From Candidatus Hydrogenedentota bacterium (GTDB lineage Bacteria > Hydrogenedentota > Hydrogenedentia > Hydrogenedentales > GCA-2746185), in assembly GCA_046583315.1 (NCBI GenBank), contig JAYGCN010000161.1:1-12664 (forward strand): a DNA stretch of 12,664 nt, read 5' to 3'. Made by a program: the position numbers and the translations under genes. Under the pieces are notes generated by a model. It made no database searches, was not told where the DNA came from, and was given only the letters and a program-made list of their open reading frames with translations. Each line of letters begins with the position of its first letter. Position 1 is the first letter of the stretch. Positions 1-7,685 of the stretch are shown here, in pieces.

Positions 1-1218
1 GTGGATGTGTTGACGCTGACGGCGACGCCGATTCCGCGCACACTTCATTTATCGATGTCGGGTCTGCGCGACATGAGCGTGATCAATACCGCGCCGAATG
101 ATCGCCTGCCAATTCACACGTGTATCGAAGTGTTTGACGAGCAGCTTATCAGTGAAGCGATTACCCGTGAGATGGGTCGGGAAGGGCAGACGTTTTATCT
201 GCACAATCGTGTCGCGAGTATTGACAGGGTTGCGGCCATGATCAAGAAGCTTGTGCCGAAGGCGCGGGTACGTATCGGGCACGGCCAGATGAAAGAGAGC
301 GAGCTGGAAGACGTGATGGCTGCGTTTGTGCGCCATGAATTTGATGTGTTGGTGTGTACAACGATTATCGGGTCAGGGCTGGATATTCCGAATGCGAACA
401 CGATTATCGTGGATCGCGCGGATACATTCGGATTGGCAGAGTTGTATCAGATTCGCGGGCGGGTGGGGCGGTATAAACATCGGGCTTTTGCGTATTTGCT
501 GATACCGGGTGATCGCGCGTTGACCGAGGAGGCGCAACAGCGGCTGAAGGCGCTCGAAGAATTCAGTACACTCGGTTCGGGATTTCGTATCGCGATGCGT
601 GACCTGGAAATTCGCGGTTGCGGGAACATTCTGGGGGGCGAGCAGAGCGGGAATATCCAGTCGGTCGGGTATGAAACGTACAATCAGCTTATCGCGGAGA
701 CGGTCGCGGAACTCAAAGGGGAACCGGGTCGGGTGGTGTATCTGCCGCAGTTTGACGTGACTGCGGATGCTTCGATTCCGGATGCGTATATTGAGCTGGA
801 ATCGCAGAAGATTACGCTCTACAAACGGATCACCAATCTGAAGACTGAAGATGAAATTGACGACATGGCCGATGAATTGAAGGATCGATTCGGGGAAATG
901 CCGGAAGCGGTTCGGCAACTACTCGAAATTATGCGCGCGCGTGTTTTTGGGAGTCTTGCCGGGGCGACGAAGCTTTATGTATCGAAGGGAGCGTTCTGGG
1001 TCGTCTTTCCCAAGAAACACGGAATCACTCAGGCGATTCTGGATCAACTGAAGACACGGTATGGTGCGCGCATGCAGTTGACTATCAATCCTGACCCGGC
1101 GATCTCGGTCGAGTTGGAGGCGTCTGATCATCCGGTACGATTCGCGTTGGATGTGTTGCGGCTGATCACAGCTGATTCGGATGGTATACTAGAGAACAGT
1201 GAAGCGCAATTGACCTGA
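1..1218 (+). CDS. mfd: Transcription-repair coupling factor Mfd, C-terminal part (5' truncated by the window edge)
   Basis: SF2 translocase motifs DVLTLTATPIPRTL, HGQM, TTIIxSGLDIPNANT and QIRGRVGR; TRG motif GFRIAMRDLEIRGCGNILGGEQSG; C-terminal TRCF domain (IPDAYI...KITLYKRI...ELKDRFG). The GTG at position 1 is internal, not the real start. Confidence 0.97.
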   Translation: MDVLTLTATPIPRTLHLSMSGLRDMSVINTAPNDRLPIHTCIEVFDEQLISEAITREMGREGQTFYLHNRVASIDRVAAMIKKLVPKARVRIGHGQMKESELEDVMAAFVRHEFDVLVCTTIIGSGLDIPNANTIIVDRADTFGLAELYQIRGRVGRYKHRAFAYLLIPGDRALTEEAQQRLKALEEFSTLGSGFRIAMRDLEIRGCGNILGGEQSGNIQSVGYETYNQLIAETVAELKGEPGRVVYLPQFDVTADASIPDAYIELESQKITLYKRITNLKTEDEIDDMADELKDRFGEMPEAVRQLLEIMRARVFGSLAGATKLYVSKGAFWVVFPKKHGITQAILDQLKTRYGARMQLTINPDPAISVELEASDHPVRFALDVLRLITADSDGILENSEAQLT

Positions 1219-1232
1219 CGGACCGTTAATAG

Positions 1233-3230
1233 ATGGCGAAGACGAAATTCTACAGCACGACCCTTTGTTTAGTTCTGTTGATGTGTACCGTCGTGTCCAT
1301 TTCTGAAGAGGTCGATATTTCGACGCTCACCTATGAGAAAGATATTCTGCCGCTGGTCGAGGTTTATTGCATGGATTGCCATGACGGGATCACGAAGGAG
1401 GGAGAGCTCAACATTGAGCGATTCGAGACGACTGAGATGGTCATTGAATCCATTGGTATTTGGGATCGCATGGCGTTGCGGATCAAGAATAAGGAAATGC
1501 CTCCGAAAAAAGAGGATGTGCAGCCGACGGATGAGGAACGCGAGCTGCTTTCGAAGTGGATCGAGAAGCTGGAGATCGATAATTCCAACTGCGACAACAT
1601 CGCGAGCGAACAATCGGTGAGTTGGTATCCCGGGTATGTGATGAGTCGGCGCTTGAATCGCGCGGAATATGAAAATACCTTGAACGATTTGCTTGGAATC
1701 GATTTGAAGGTCACGCAATTGTTCCCGGCGGATGGTTCCGGTGGCGAGGGTTTTGACAATAACGGTAGCGCGCTGTTTTTGTCGGCGATTCAGGTGGAGA
1801 AATATCTTGAGGCGGCGGACATTGCGGTGGAGACGGCGGTTCCGCGTCTGTCTGAAACGAAGAGTCAATATCGAAACAGCAACCTTCGTGCATCGGTGGT
1901 CGTTGCAGAACGTCGAACGCGCAGTCAGAAGTATTCATCATTAATTCCGCATAAACCGCAGCAGCATGATCGGGCGTATGCGGTCGCGCGTGATGCGGTT
2001 CAGGATTTTGCCGCTCGGGCATGGCGTCGGCCTTTGGACGATGACGAAGTGGATCGTTTGATGACGATGTTTGATCGCGCGTTTGATCGGGGGGATGGGA
2101 TTCGCGAAGGTTTGAAGTTGGCGTACAAGGCGGTTTTGATATCGCCGAATTTTCTGTTTCTAACCGAACCGGAACCGGAGAAGATTGGCGATTATCCGCT
2201 GGGCGATTATCAACTCGCGTCGCGGTTGTCGTATTTTTTGTGGGCATCGATGCCGGACGAAGAATTGTTAACGCTTGCGCGGGACGGGTTGTTGCAGCAT
2301 GATGATGTGCTTCGTGCTCAGGTGAAACGCATGTTAAAAGATCCCAAGGCGATTGGTCTGGGCGAACGGTTTGCGGCGCAGTGGCTGGGCATCACGCAGT
2401 TGGGTGTGATTACGAAACCGGACGAGAATCGTTTTCCTCAGTACACCGAAGCGCTGGCCGAGGCGATGCGTCAGGAGGCGATTCTGCTGTTTACGCGAAT
2501 CGTTCGGGAAGATCGCAGTCTGTTGGAGTTGATTGATTCGGATTACACATATATGAATGAACCGCTTGCGGAAATTTACGGAGTCGAGGGGATAAAGGGC
2601 GACGAACTTCGGTTGGTCTCGTTTGACGATCCCAATCGCGGGGGCATGTTGGGTACGGCGGCTGTGTTGACGATGACGTCGCATCCCTTGCGGACGAGTC
2701 CGGTGTTGCGTGGCAAGTGGGTGCTTGAGCAGCTGTTGGGTGAAGGGGTACCGCCGCCGCCACCGAATGTGCCGACCTTGCCGGAGGATGATAACGAGCA
2801 TCCTGAGGGTTTGACCTTTCGACAGCAGTTGGAGGTGCATCGGGAGAATCCGGAGTGCGCGTCTTGTCATGATCGCATGGATCCTATTGGCTTTGGACTG
2901 GAGAATTTTGATCCGATCGGGCGTTGGCGCGTCACGCAGGCCGATCTGCCGGTGGACGCGACAGGCACCTTGCCCAACGGCGACTCGTTTAGCGGTCCGC
3001 AGGAATTGAAGGCGATAATTTTCAAGCGTAAGGATGCTTTCGCAAAAAACCTGTCCCGCAAGATGGTGGGATATGGACTGGGCCGATCGCTGACACGTTT
3101 TGATGATTGCATTGTGAACGATGGTTTGGCGGCGTTGAAAGAGAATGATTATAAGCCTTCCGCGTTGATTACGGAGGTTGTGTTGAGTTACCCCTTCCGA
3201 CACCGATATAGTAATGGGCATACGGATTGA
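1233..3230 (+). CDS. Exported planctomycete-type c-type cytochrome, DUF1587/DUF1595/DUF1592/DUF1588/DUF1585 multidomain protein
   Basis: N-terminal hydrophobic signal; heme motifs CMDCH (1368-1382) and CASCH (2856-2870); family signatures RRLNRAEYENTLNDLLG, FAARAWRRPL, YQLASRLSYFLWASMPDEELL, RTSPVLRGKWVLEQLLG, MDPIGFGLENFDPIGRWR. Confidence 0.92.
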   Translation: MAKTKFYSTTLCLVLLMCTVVSISEEVDISTLTYEKDILPLVEVYCMDCHDGITKEGELNIERFETTEMVIESIGIWDRMALRIKNKEMPPKKEDVQPTDEERELLSKWIEKLEIDNSNCDNIASEQSVSWYPGYVMSRRLNRAEYENTLNDLLGIDLKVTQLFPADGSGGEGFDNNGSALFLSAIQVEKYLEAADIAVETAVPRLSETKSQYRNSNLRASVVVAERRTRSQKYSSLIPHKPQQHDRAYAVARDAVQDFAARAWRRPLDDDEVDRLMTMFDRAFDRGDGIREGLKLAYKAVLISPNFLFLTEPEPEKIGDYPLGDYQLASRLSYFLWASMPDEELLTLARDGLLQHDDVLRAQVKRMLKDPKAIGLGERFAAQWLGITQLGVITKPDENRFPQYTEALAEAMRQEAILLFTRIVREDRSLLELIDSDYTYMNEPLAEIYGVEGIKGDELRLVSFDDPNRGGMLGTAAVLTMTSHPLRTSPVLRGKWVLEQLLGEGVPPPPPNVPTLPEDDNEHPEGLTFRQQLEVHRENPECASCHDRMDPIGFGLENFDPIGRWRVTQADLPVDATGTLPNGDSFSGPQELKAIIFKRKDAFAKNLSRKMVGYGLGRSLTRFDDCIVNDGLAALKENDYKPSALITEVVLSYPFRHRYSNGHTD

Positions 3231-3240
3231 GGACGATAGA

Positions 3241-4608
3241 ATGAAACCGAGGACTTGGCAGATTTCCCGCAGAACGATGTTGCGCGGCATGGGCGCGGCG
3301 CTAGCGTTGCCGATGTTGGACGCGATGGCCCCGGCTTCGGCACGTGCGGCGGCGAAAGTGGCGGCGACTCCTCCCAAGCGTATGGCGTGCATCTATTTTC
3401 CGAACGGTGTGTGGCAAGATGCTTGGATTCCTAAGGAGTCCGGCACGAATTTCGAATTGCCGTATTCACTGACGCCGTTGCAGGATTTTAAGTCGGACAT
3501 CAATGTACTTTCGGGTCTCGACAAAGCGGCGAGTCGTCGCGGTGATGGGCATTATGCGAAGACTGGTAACTTTTTGACCGGTGAACCCGTGGTGAAAACG
3601 ACGGGTAAGGACATCAGCGCTGGCGGTATTTCACTGGACCAGCTGGTTGCCAAGCACCGTGGCCATTTGACGCCATTGCCTTCAATGGAACTTGCGATTG
3701 AGCCGGTGATATCCGGTATTGACAGCAATGTTGGTTTCACGCGGCTTTACGGCTCGTATATTTCCTGGCGTTCGGCGACGTTGCCGGTGGCGCGAGAGAT
3801 CAATCCGCGATTTGTGTATGACCGTTTGTTCGGCGCGAAGAACGCGGATGGTCGTGAGATCCGCAGGCATCAGCAGGAGGATTTCCAGAGTCTGCTCGAC
3901 ATGGCCCTGGACGATGCGCATCGGATTCGCGCGAAAGTCGGGCGCGATGACCAAATTAAGCTGGATGAGTATCTGGATTCGGTTCGGGCTGTGGAGAAAC
4001 GGATCGAGTTTTCAATGAAACCGGATCCGCGTGAATGGAAACCGGAGCATGAAGTAGATATTCCAGAGGCACCCGCAGCGAAACGTCCCGGGGATTTCAA
4101 AGAACACATCAAGATCATGATGGACCTGATGGTGTTGGCGATGCAGACGGATTCGACGCGGGTGATGACGTTGATGTTTGCGAACGATGTGTCGGGCCGG
4201 AATTTCTCGTTTCTTGATGGTGTGTCGGGCGGTCATCATGACATGTCTCATCATGAGAATAAAGAAGAGAAGCAGAAACAGTATCAAGAGATCACGCGTT
4301 GGCATATCGAGCAATTGGCGTACATGTTAGAGAAAATGCGGGCGATTCCTGAAGGCGAAGGCACCTTGCTGGACAACTCGATGATCATGTTCGGGTCCAG
4401 CATCTCGGATGGCAATCGCCATGACCCGAATAACCTGCCGCTGATTCTTGCTGGCGGGGGTGGCGGTGCCTTCAAGACCGGCCAACACATCGCGAAACCC
4501 AAAAACACGCCTTTGTGCAATTTGTATCTGTCCATGCTGAATAATATGGGTGTCGAGGCGGATTCTTTTGGCGATTCGAATGGGCCGCTGGAAGAATTGA
4601 CAGCCTAG
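3241..4608 (+). CDS. DUF1552 (HxxSHH) family protein with twin-arginine-like leader
   Basis: Leader ISRRTMLRGMGAALALPMLDAM; motifs YFPNG, ISLDQLVA, INPRFVYDRLF, DLMVLAMQTDSTRV, GGHHDMSHH, EGEGTLLDNS, HDPNNLPLILAG. Start placed at ATG 3241 because GAGGA (3229-3233) lies 7 nt upstream; the ORF track begins at 3214. Confidence 0.92.
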   Translation: MKPRTWQISRRTMLRGMGAALALPMLDAMAPASARAAAKVAATPPKRMACIYFPNGVWQDAWIPKESGTNFELPYSLTPLQDFKSDINVLSGLDKAASRRGDGHYAKTGNFLTGEPVVKTTGKDISAGGISLDQLVAKHRGHLTPLPSMELAIEPVISGIDSNVGFTRLYGSYISWRSATLPVAREINPRFVYDRLFGAKNADGREIRRHQQEDFQSLLDMALDDAHRIRAKVGRDDQIKLDEYLDSVRAVEKRIEFSMKPDPREWKPEHEVDIPEAPAAKRPGDFKEHIKIMMDLMVLAMQTDSTRVMTLMFANDVSGRNFSFLDGVSGGHHDMSHHENKEEKQKQYQEITRWHIEQLAYMLEKMRAIPEGEGTLLDNSMIMFGSSISDGNRHDPNNLPLILAGGGGGAFKTGQHIAKPKNTPLCNLYLSMLNNMGVEADSFGDSNGPLEELTA

Positions 4609-6107
4609 TCCTTCTTTGCGGTGAGTGTGCCGATGACGCAGATGGTGAAGTTTGCGGCGAGGCCCCATACTCCGGCGGAGATGTTCCAGGGGGAGCGTTG
4701 GGCAACATCCCAGAACCCGACAGCGGCACCGACCCAGCATATCAGGGTGATGGTTGTGCCGACGAGGACTCCGGCGAGGGCGGCGTTGGCGGGCAGTCGT
4801 TTCCAGTAGACGCCGAGCACCATGACTGGGGCGATTTGCACCATGAATTCGAGTTTGAGTTTGATGAGCAGCCAGATGGAGCTTTCGGTTTTGATGGACA
4901 CCCAGGCCATGGTGACGAGGAAGGCCATCATGCCCCAGCCGAATATTTTTCCGACTTTGAGCAGGTGTTCGGGCGTGGCGTCGGGTTTGATGTAGGGTTT
5001 GTAGATGTCTTTGGTGATCATGGACTGGATGGAGAGCAGGGCGGAGTCTGAGGTGGACATGATGGCGGCGACGAGTGCGACGAAGACCATGACGCCGAGC
5101 CAGTAGGTGAACACGTTCATGTTGATGATTTCGCCGAGCATGTAGATGGTGACCTGATCGCTTTGCAGGGTGGATAGGTTGGCGTACTTGCTGAGGGCGG
5201 TGATGCCGATGAGGAAGGCGAGGAAGGTTGTCACGAAAGGCATGAAGGCCATGCCGGATAGGGACCATTGCAGGGTACGCAGATTTCGTGAGGAGAAGAC
5301 GCGCTGGATGGCGTGAGGATAGACAGATACGCCGAATCCGAGCAAGAGGATGGTGCTGATCCAGTTTCGAATGCCTGCGGAATCGGGCACTTCGAATTTC
5401 TCGGGATGGGTCTCCTGGATGACTTCGGCTGCGGCGGGCAATCCCCCTTCGTTGGAAACAAGAATGAAAAAAATCACGGAACATCCGAAAAGCAGGATGA
5501 CGCCTTGTACCGCATCGGTCCAGGCGACGGAGCGCATGCCGCCGAGGGATTCGTAGACGAGCATGACGATAACGAGCAAGACCACGCCAGCCATGAAAGG
5601 GATTTTTCCGCCGGAGAGTCCGTCTACGGCGTGGCCCATCGCGACGAGTTGCTCGAGAATGTAGTTTCCGAGTCCCCAACAGAAGAGGAGTGTGCAAACG
5701 ACGCGAAGTTTATGGGAGCCGAAGCGGTGGTAGATGTAGTCGGCGGGGGTGATGTAGCCGAAGGTGCGTGCGAGTCGGTAGAGGCGGGGTCCGTAGATGG
5801 TCAAGACGCAGATGGCGAGTGCCATGAAGAGGATGCTGACGACGTAGGTGCCGCCGGCGCGATAACTGCGCCCCGCGAATCCGAGCATGGTGTTGCCGGA
5901 ATATTGTGTTGCGAAAAAGGTGAGGAACAAGACGAAGAATCCGAAGGAGGAACCGCCGAGATAGAAGTCACGGAGCGATTTTTCTTCGCGTTTGGCGCGC
6001 CCGAGTAAGCCGAGGCCGATCATGCCGAAGAGATAAATTACGAGCAAAACGATTGGGCCGATTCCCAGATCGAGGTCTTTCATCGGGCTATCGGCATCAT
6101 TCATCAT
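4605..6107 (-). CDS. Sodium:solute symporter (SSS family, PanF/PutP-like); substrate unknown
   Basis: Many hydrophobic helices; SSS motifs DFYLGG, ATQYSGNTMLGFAGRSY, YESLGGMRSVAWTDAVQG, YPHAIQR, AAIMSTSDSALL. Start is probably ATG 6107 or 6104 (overlapping the upstream small gene) or 6083, rather than 6167. Confidence 0.93.
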   Translation of the reverse strand: MMNDADSPMKDLDLGIGPIVLLVIYLFGMIGLGLLGRAKREEKSLRDFYLGGSSFGFFVLFLTFFATQYSGNTMLGFAGRSYRAGGTYVVSILFMALAICVLTIYGPRLYRLARTFGYITPADYIYHRFGSHKLRVVCTLLFCWGLGNYILEQLVAMGHAVDGLSGGKIPFMAGVVLLVIVMLVYESLGGMRSVAWTDAVQGVILLFGCSVIFFILVSNEGGLPAAAEVIQETHPEKFEVPDSAGIRNWISTILLLGFGVSVYPHAIQRVFSSRNLRTLQWSLSGMAFMPFVTTFLAFLIGITALSKYANLSTLQSDQVTIYMLGEIINMNVFTYWLGVMVFVALVAAIMSTSDSALLSIQSMITKDIYKPYIKPDATPEHLLKVGKIFGWGMMAFLVTMAWVSIKTESSIWLLIKLKLEFMVQIAPVMVLGVYWKRLPANAALAGVLVGTTITLICWVGAAVGFWDVAQRSPWNISAGVWGLAANFTICVIGTLTAKKD

Positions 6108-6396
6108 CGTCGTCTTTCCAGAATGCGAGTGTGCCGACCGCGGTGATGATGGAGACGCCGAGCGCACAGATGAGTCCGGTCCATACCCAGGTGGGTAGTC
6201 CGCCGACGATGTTTCCGATTTCGCCGCTGCTACGATACCAGGGGATGCTGATCACGATTACGATGAGGAGCAATGGCAGGAACCAGCGCTGTTTAACGGG
6301 TTCTTTTTTCAGGCGTGTGGCCACGGTCCAGAAGCGGTCCATGTCGCGTTCACCGTCGTATTCTTCGGATTTTGATTTTTGCGACGTTTCGTCCAT
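6097..6396 (-). CDS. Small two-TM membrane protein, SSS transporter accessory subunit (DUF3311/DUF997-like)
   Basis: Two hydrophobic segments joined by ISIPWY...IVGGLPTW, acidic tail WKDDDDE; its stop overlaps the likely SSS start, the usual arrangement for such partners (e.g. yhdT-panF). Confidence 0.8.
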   Translation of the reverse strand: MDETSQKSKSEEYDGERDMDRFWTVATRLKKEPVKQRWFLPLLLIVIVISIPWYRSSGEIGNIVGGLPTWVWTGLICALGVSIITAVGTLAFWKDDDDE

Positions 6397-6425
6397 AGTA
6401 AGGCCCGGATGCTCGGTTTAGTCGC

Positions 6426-6454
6426 CATCATACCAGAAACGTATGATGACGCAA
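6426..6454. promoter_or_regulatory. Inverted repeat CATCATAC-N7-GTATGATG containing divergent TATGAT -10 boxes
   Basis: Perfect 8-bp arms at 6426-6433 and 6441-6448; TATGAT on + at 6442-6447 and on - at 6432-6427; TTGCGT on - at 6454-6449 sits 16 nt from the minus-strand -10. Confidence 0.5.
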
Positions 6455-6522
6455 AGTGGCTTTGTTGGTGATCCAAACGATTCGCCACTTCCGGGTGTCC
6501 AAGGATAAACGGAAGGAAAGTC

Positions 6523-7611
6523 ATGCTTATTCGTGTTCAATCATTCTTCATCTTGATGGTGTTTCTCCCGGTGGTGTCGTCGCACGCCGAATCCGCTATT
6601 GCGCTTGATGCGCAGGCTGTACTTGATGCGAAACGTGCAGAATATACGCTCGCGGGTGTGACCGCCGCGGTGGCTATCGATTTTGAGCTCGTCTGGGAGG
6701 GCGGCGTTGGAATGCGCGATCGGGAGCAGTCCATTCCGACCGAGGTGACCATGCTACACCGGGTCGCGTCGATTACGAAATCCATGACCGCGGTTGCCAT
6801 CATGCAGCTTGTCGAATCCGGGAAGATCGACCTGGACGCGTCGTTGCGGACCTACCTGCCGGATTATCCGGAGAGTGACCGGGGGACGATTCGTATTCGT
6901 CATCTGCTGGCGCATACCTCGGGTGTGCGGCATTATCGGGGTGATGAGAATCGGCCTTTTGATCACTATGACACGCTTGCGGACGCGCTGGCAGTGTTTC
7001 AGGGTCGTCGAATCGCGTTCGAGCCGGGAGACCGGTATCTCTACACGACCTACGGGTATACCATTTTGGGCGCGGTGATTGAATCGGCGACGGGTATGTC
7101 CTACGGCGAGTACATGAAGGAATTTGTCTGGACACCGAGCGGCATGCAGTCGACCTCGCTTGAGATGCACGGTGCGCAGGACCCGAATCAAAGTAAGTTG
7201 TATCGCAAAAATGATGCGGGCGAAATCGAAGAGGATGACTATACGGATCTGAGCATCAAGTATCCGGGTGGCGGACTGGTCTCGACATCGGGCGATTTGG
7301 TTCGATTTGCGATTGCTTTCGAGAGCGGGAATCTCGTCAGTGCAGGAAGCCGGATCGCCATGTTTGAGATTCCACTTGTGAGCAAACCACGCCGCGTGCC
7401 TTATGCGCTGGGGTGGATGGTGTGGGATAGCGAGACCTACGGGACGTATCTGCATAACGACGGGGGGCAATCCGGCACGAGCACCTATCTGGTGATTCTT
7501 CCGGAGCAGAAAATCGCGGTGGCGGTCATGTCCAATCTGTCCAGTGAAGGTCGCGCCGTGCGAGATATTGCGTTCTCTCTGGTTGATCTGGCTCTTGCCA
7601 GGCAGGAGTAA
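6523..7611 (+). CDS. Secreted serine hydrolase, beta-lactamase class C / D-aminopeptidase-like family
   Basis: Signal peptide ending SHA; RVASITKS (SxxK, 6769-6780); IRIRHLLAHTSG; FEPGDRYLYTTYGY; GGGLVSTSGDLVRF; SD GGAAGG at 6511-6516. Confidence 0.92.
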   Translation: MLIRVQSFFILMVFLPVVSSHAESAIALDAQAVLDAKRAEYTLAGVTAAVAIDFELVWEGGVGMRDREQSIPTEVTMLHRVASITKSMTAVAIMQLVESGKIDLDASLRTYLPDYPESDRGTIRIRHLLAHTSGVRHYRGDENRPFDHYDTLADALAVFQGRRIAFEPGDRYLYTTYGYTILGAVIESATGMSYGEYMKEFVWTPSGMQSTSLEMHGAQDPNQSKLYRKNDAGEIEEDDYTDLSIKYPGGGLVSTSGDLVRFAIAFESGNLVSAGSRIAMFEIPLVSKPRRVPYALGWMVWDSETYGTYLHNDGGQSGTSTYLVILPEQKIAVAVMSNLSSEGRAVRDIAFSLVDLALARQE

Positions 7612-7617
7612 TCGCCA

Positions 7618-7647
7618 TTGGTCACGTCGTGCGACAACTGGTATGAT
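7618..7647 (+). promoter_or_regulatory. Putative sigma70 promoter (extended -10) for the PHP gene
   Basis: TGgTATGAT at 7639-7647, with TTGGTC/TGGTCA 18/17 nt upstream. Confidence 0.4.
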
Positions 7648-7685
7648 CACTCCTCGAATTGGTTTGAATGTTGAAAGGAAATCCC

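Noticed and set aside
2334..3392. 352-aa minus-strand ORF and other long antisense ORFs (1269-1868, 5313-6008, 6754-7650, 7713-8477, 10547-11188)
   Set aside because: Antisense shadows of well-supported genes, expected in GC-rich coding DNA.
4327..5697. 456-aa minus-strand ORF
   Set aside because: Arg/His-rich off-frame shadow of the SSS gene and antisense to DUF1552; no motifs.
6523..7611. Calling this an antibiotic-resistance beta-lactamase (ampC)
   Set aside because: Lacks YxN and KTG; only superfamily membership is supported.
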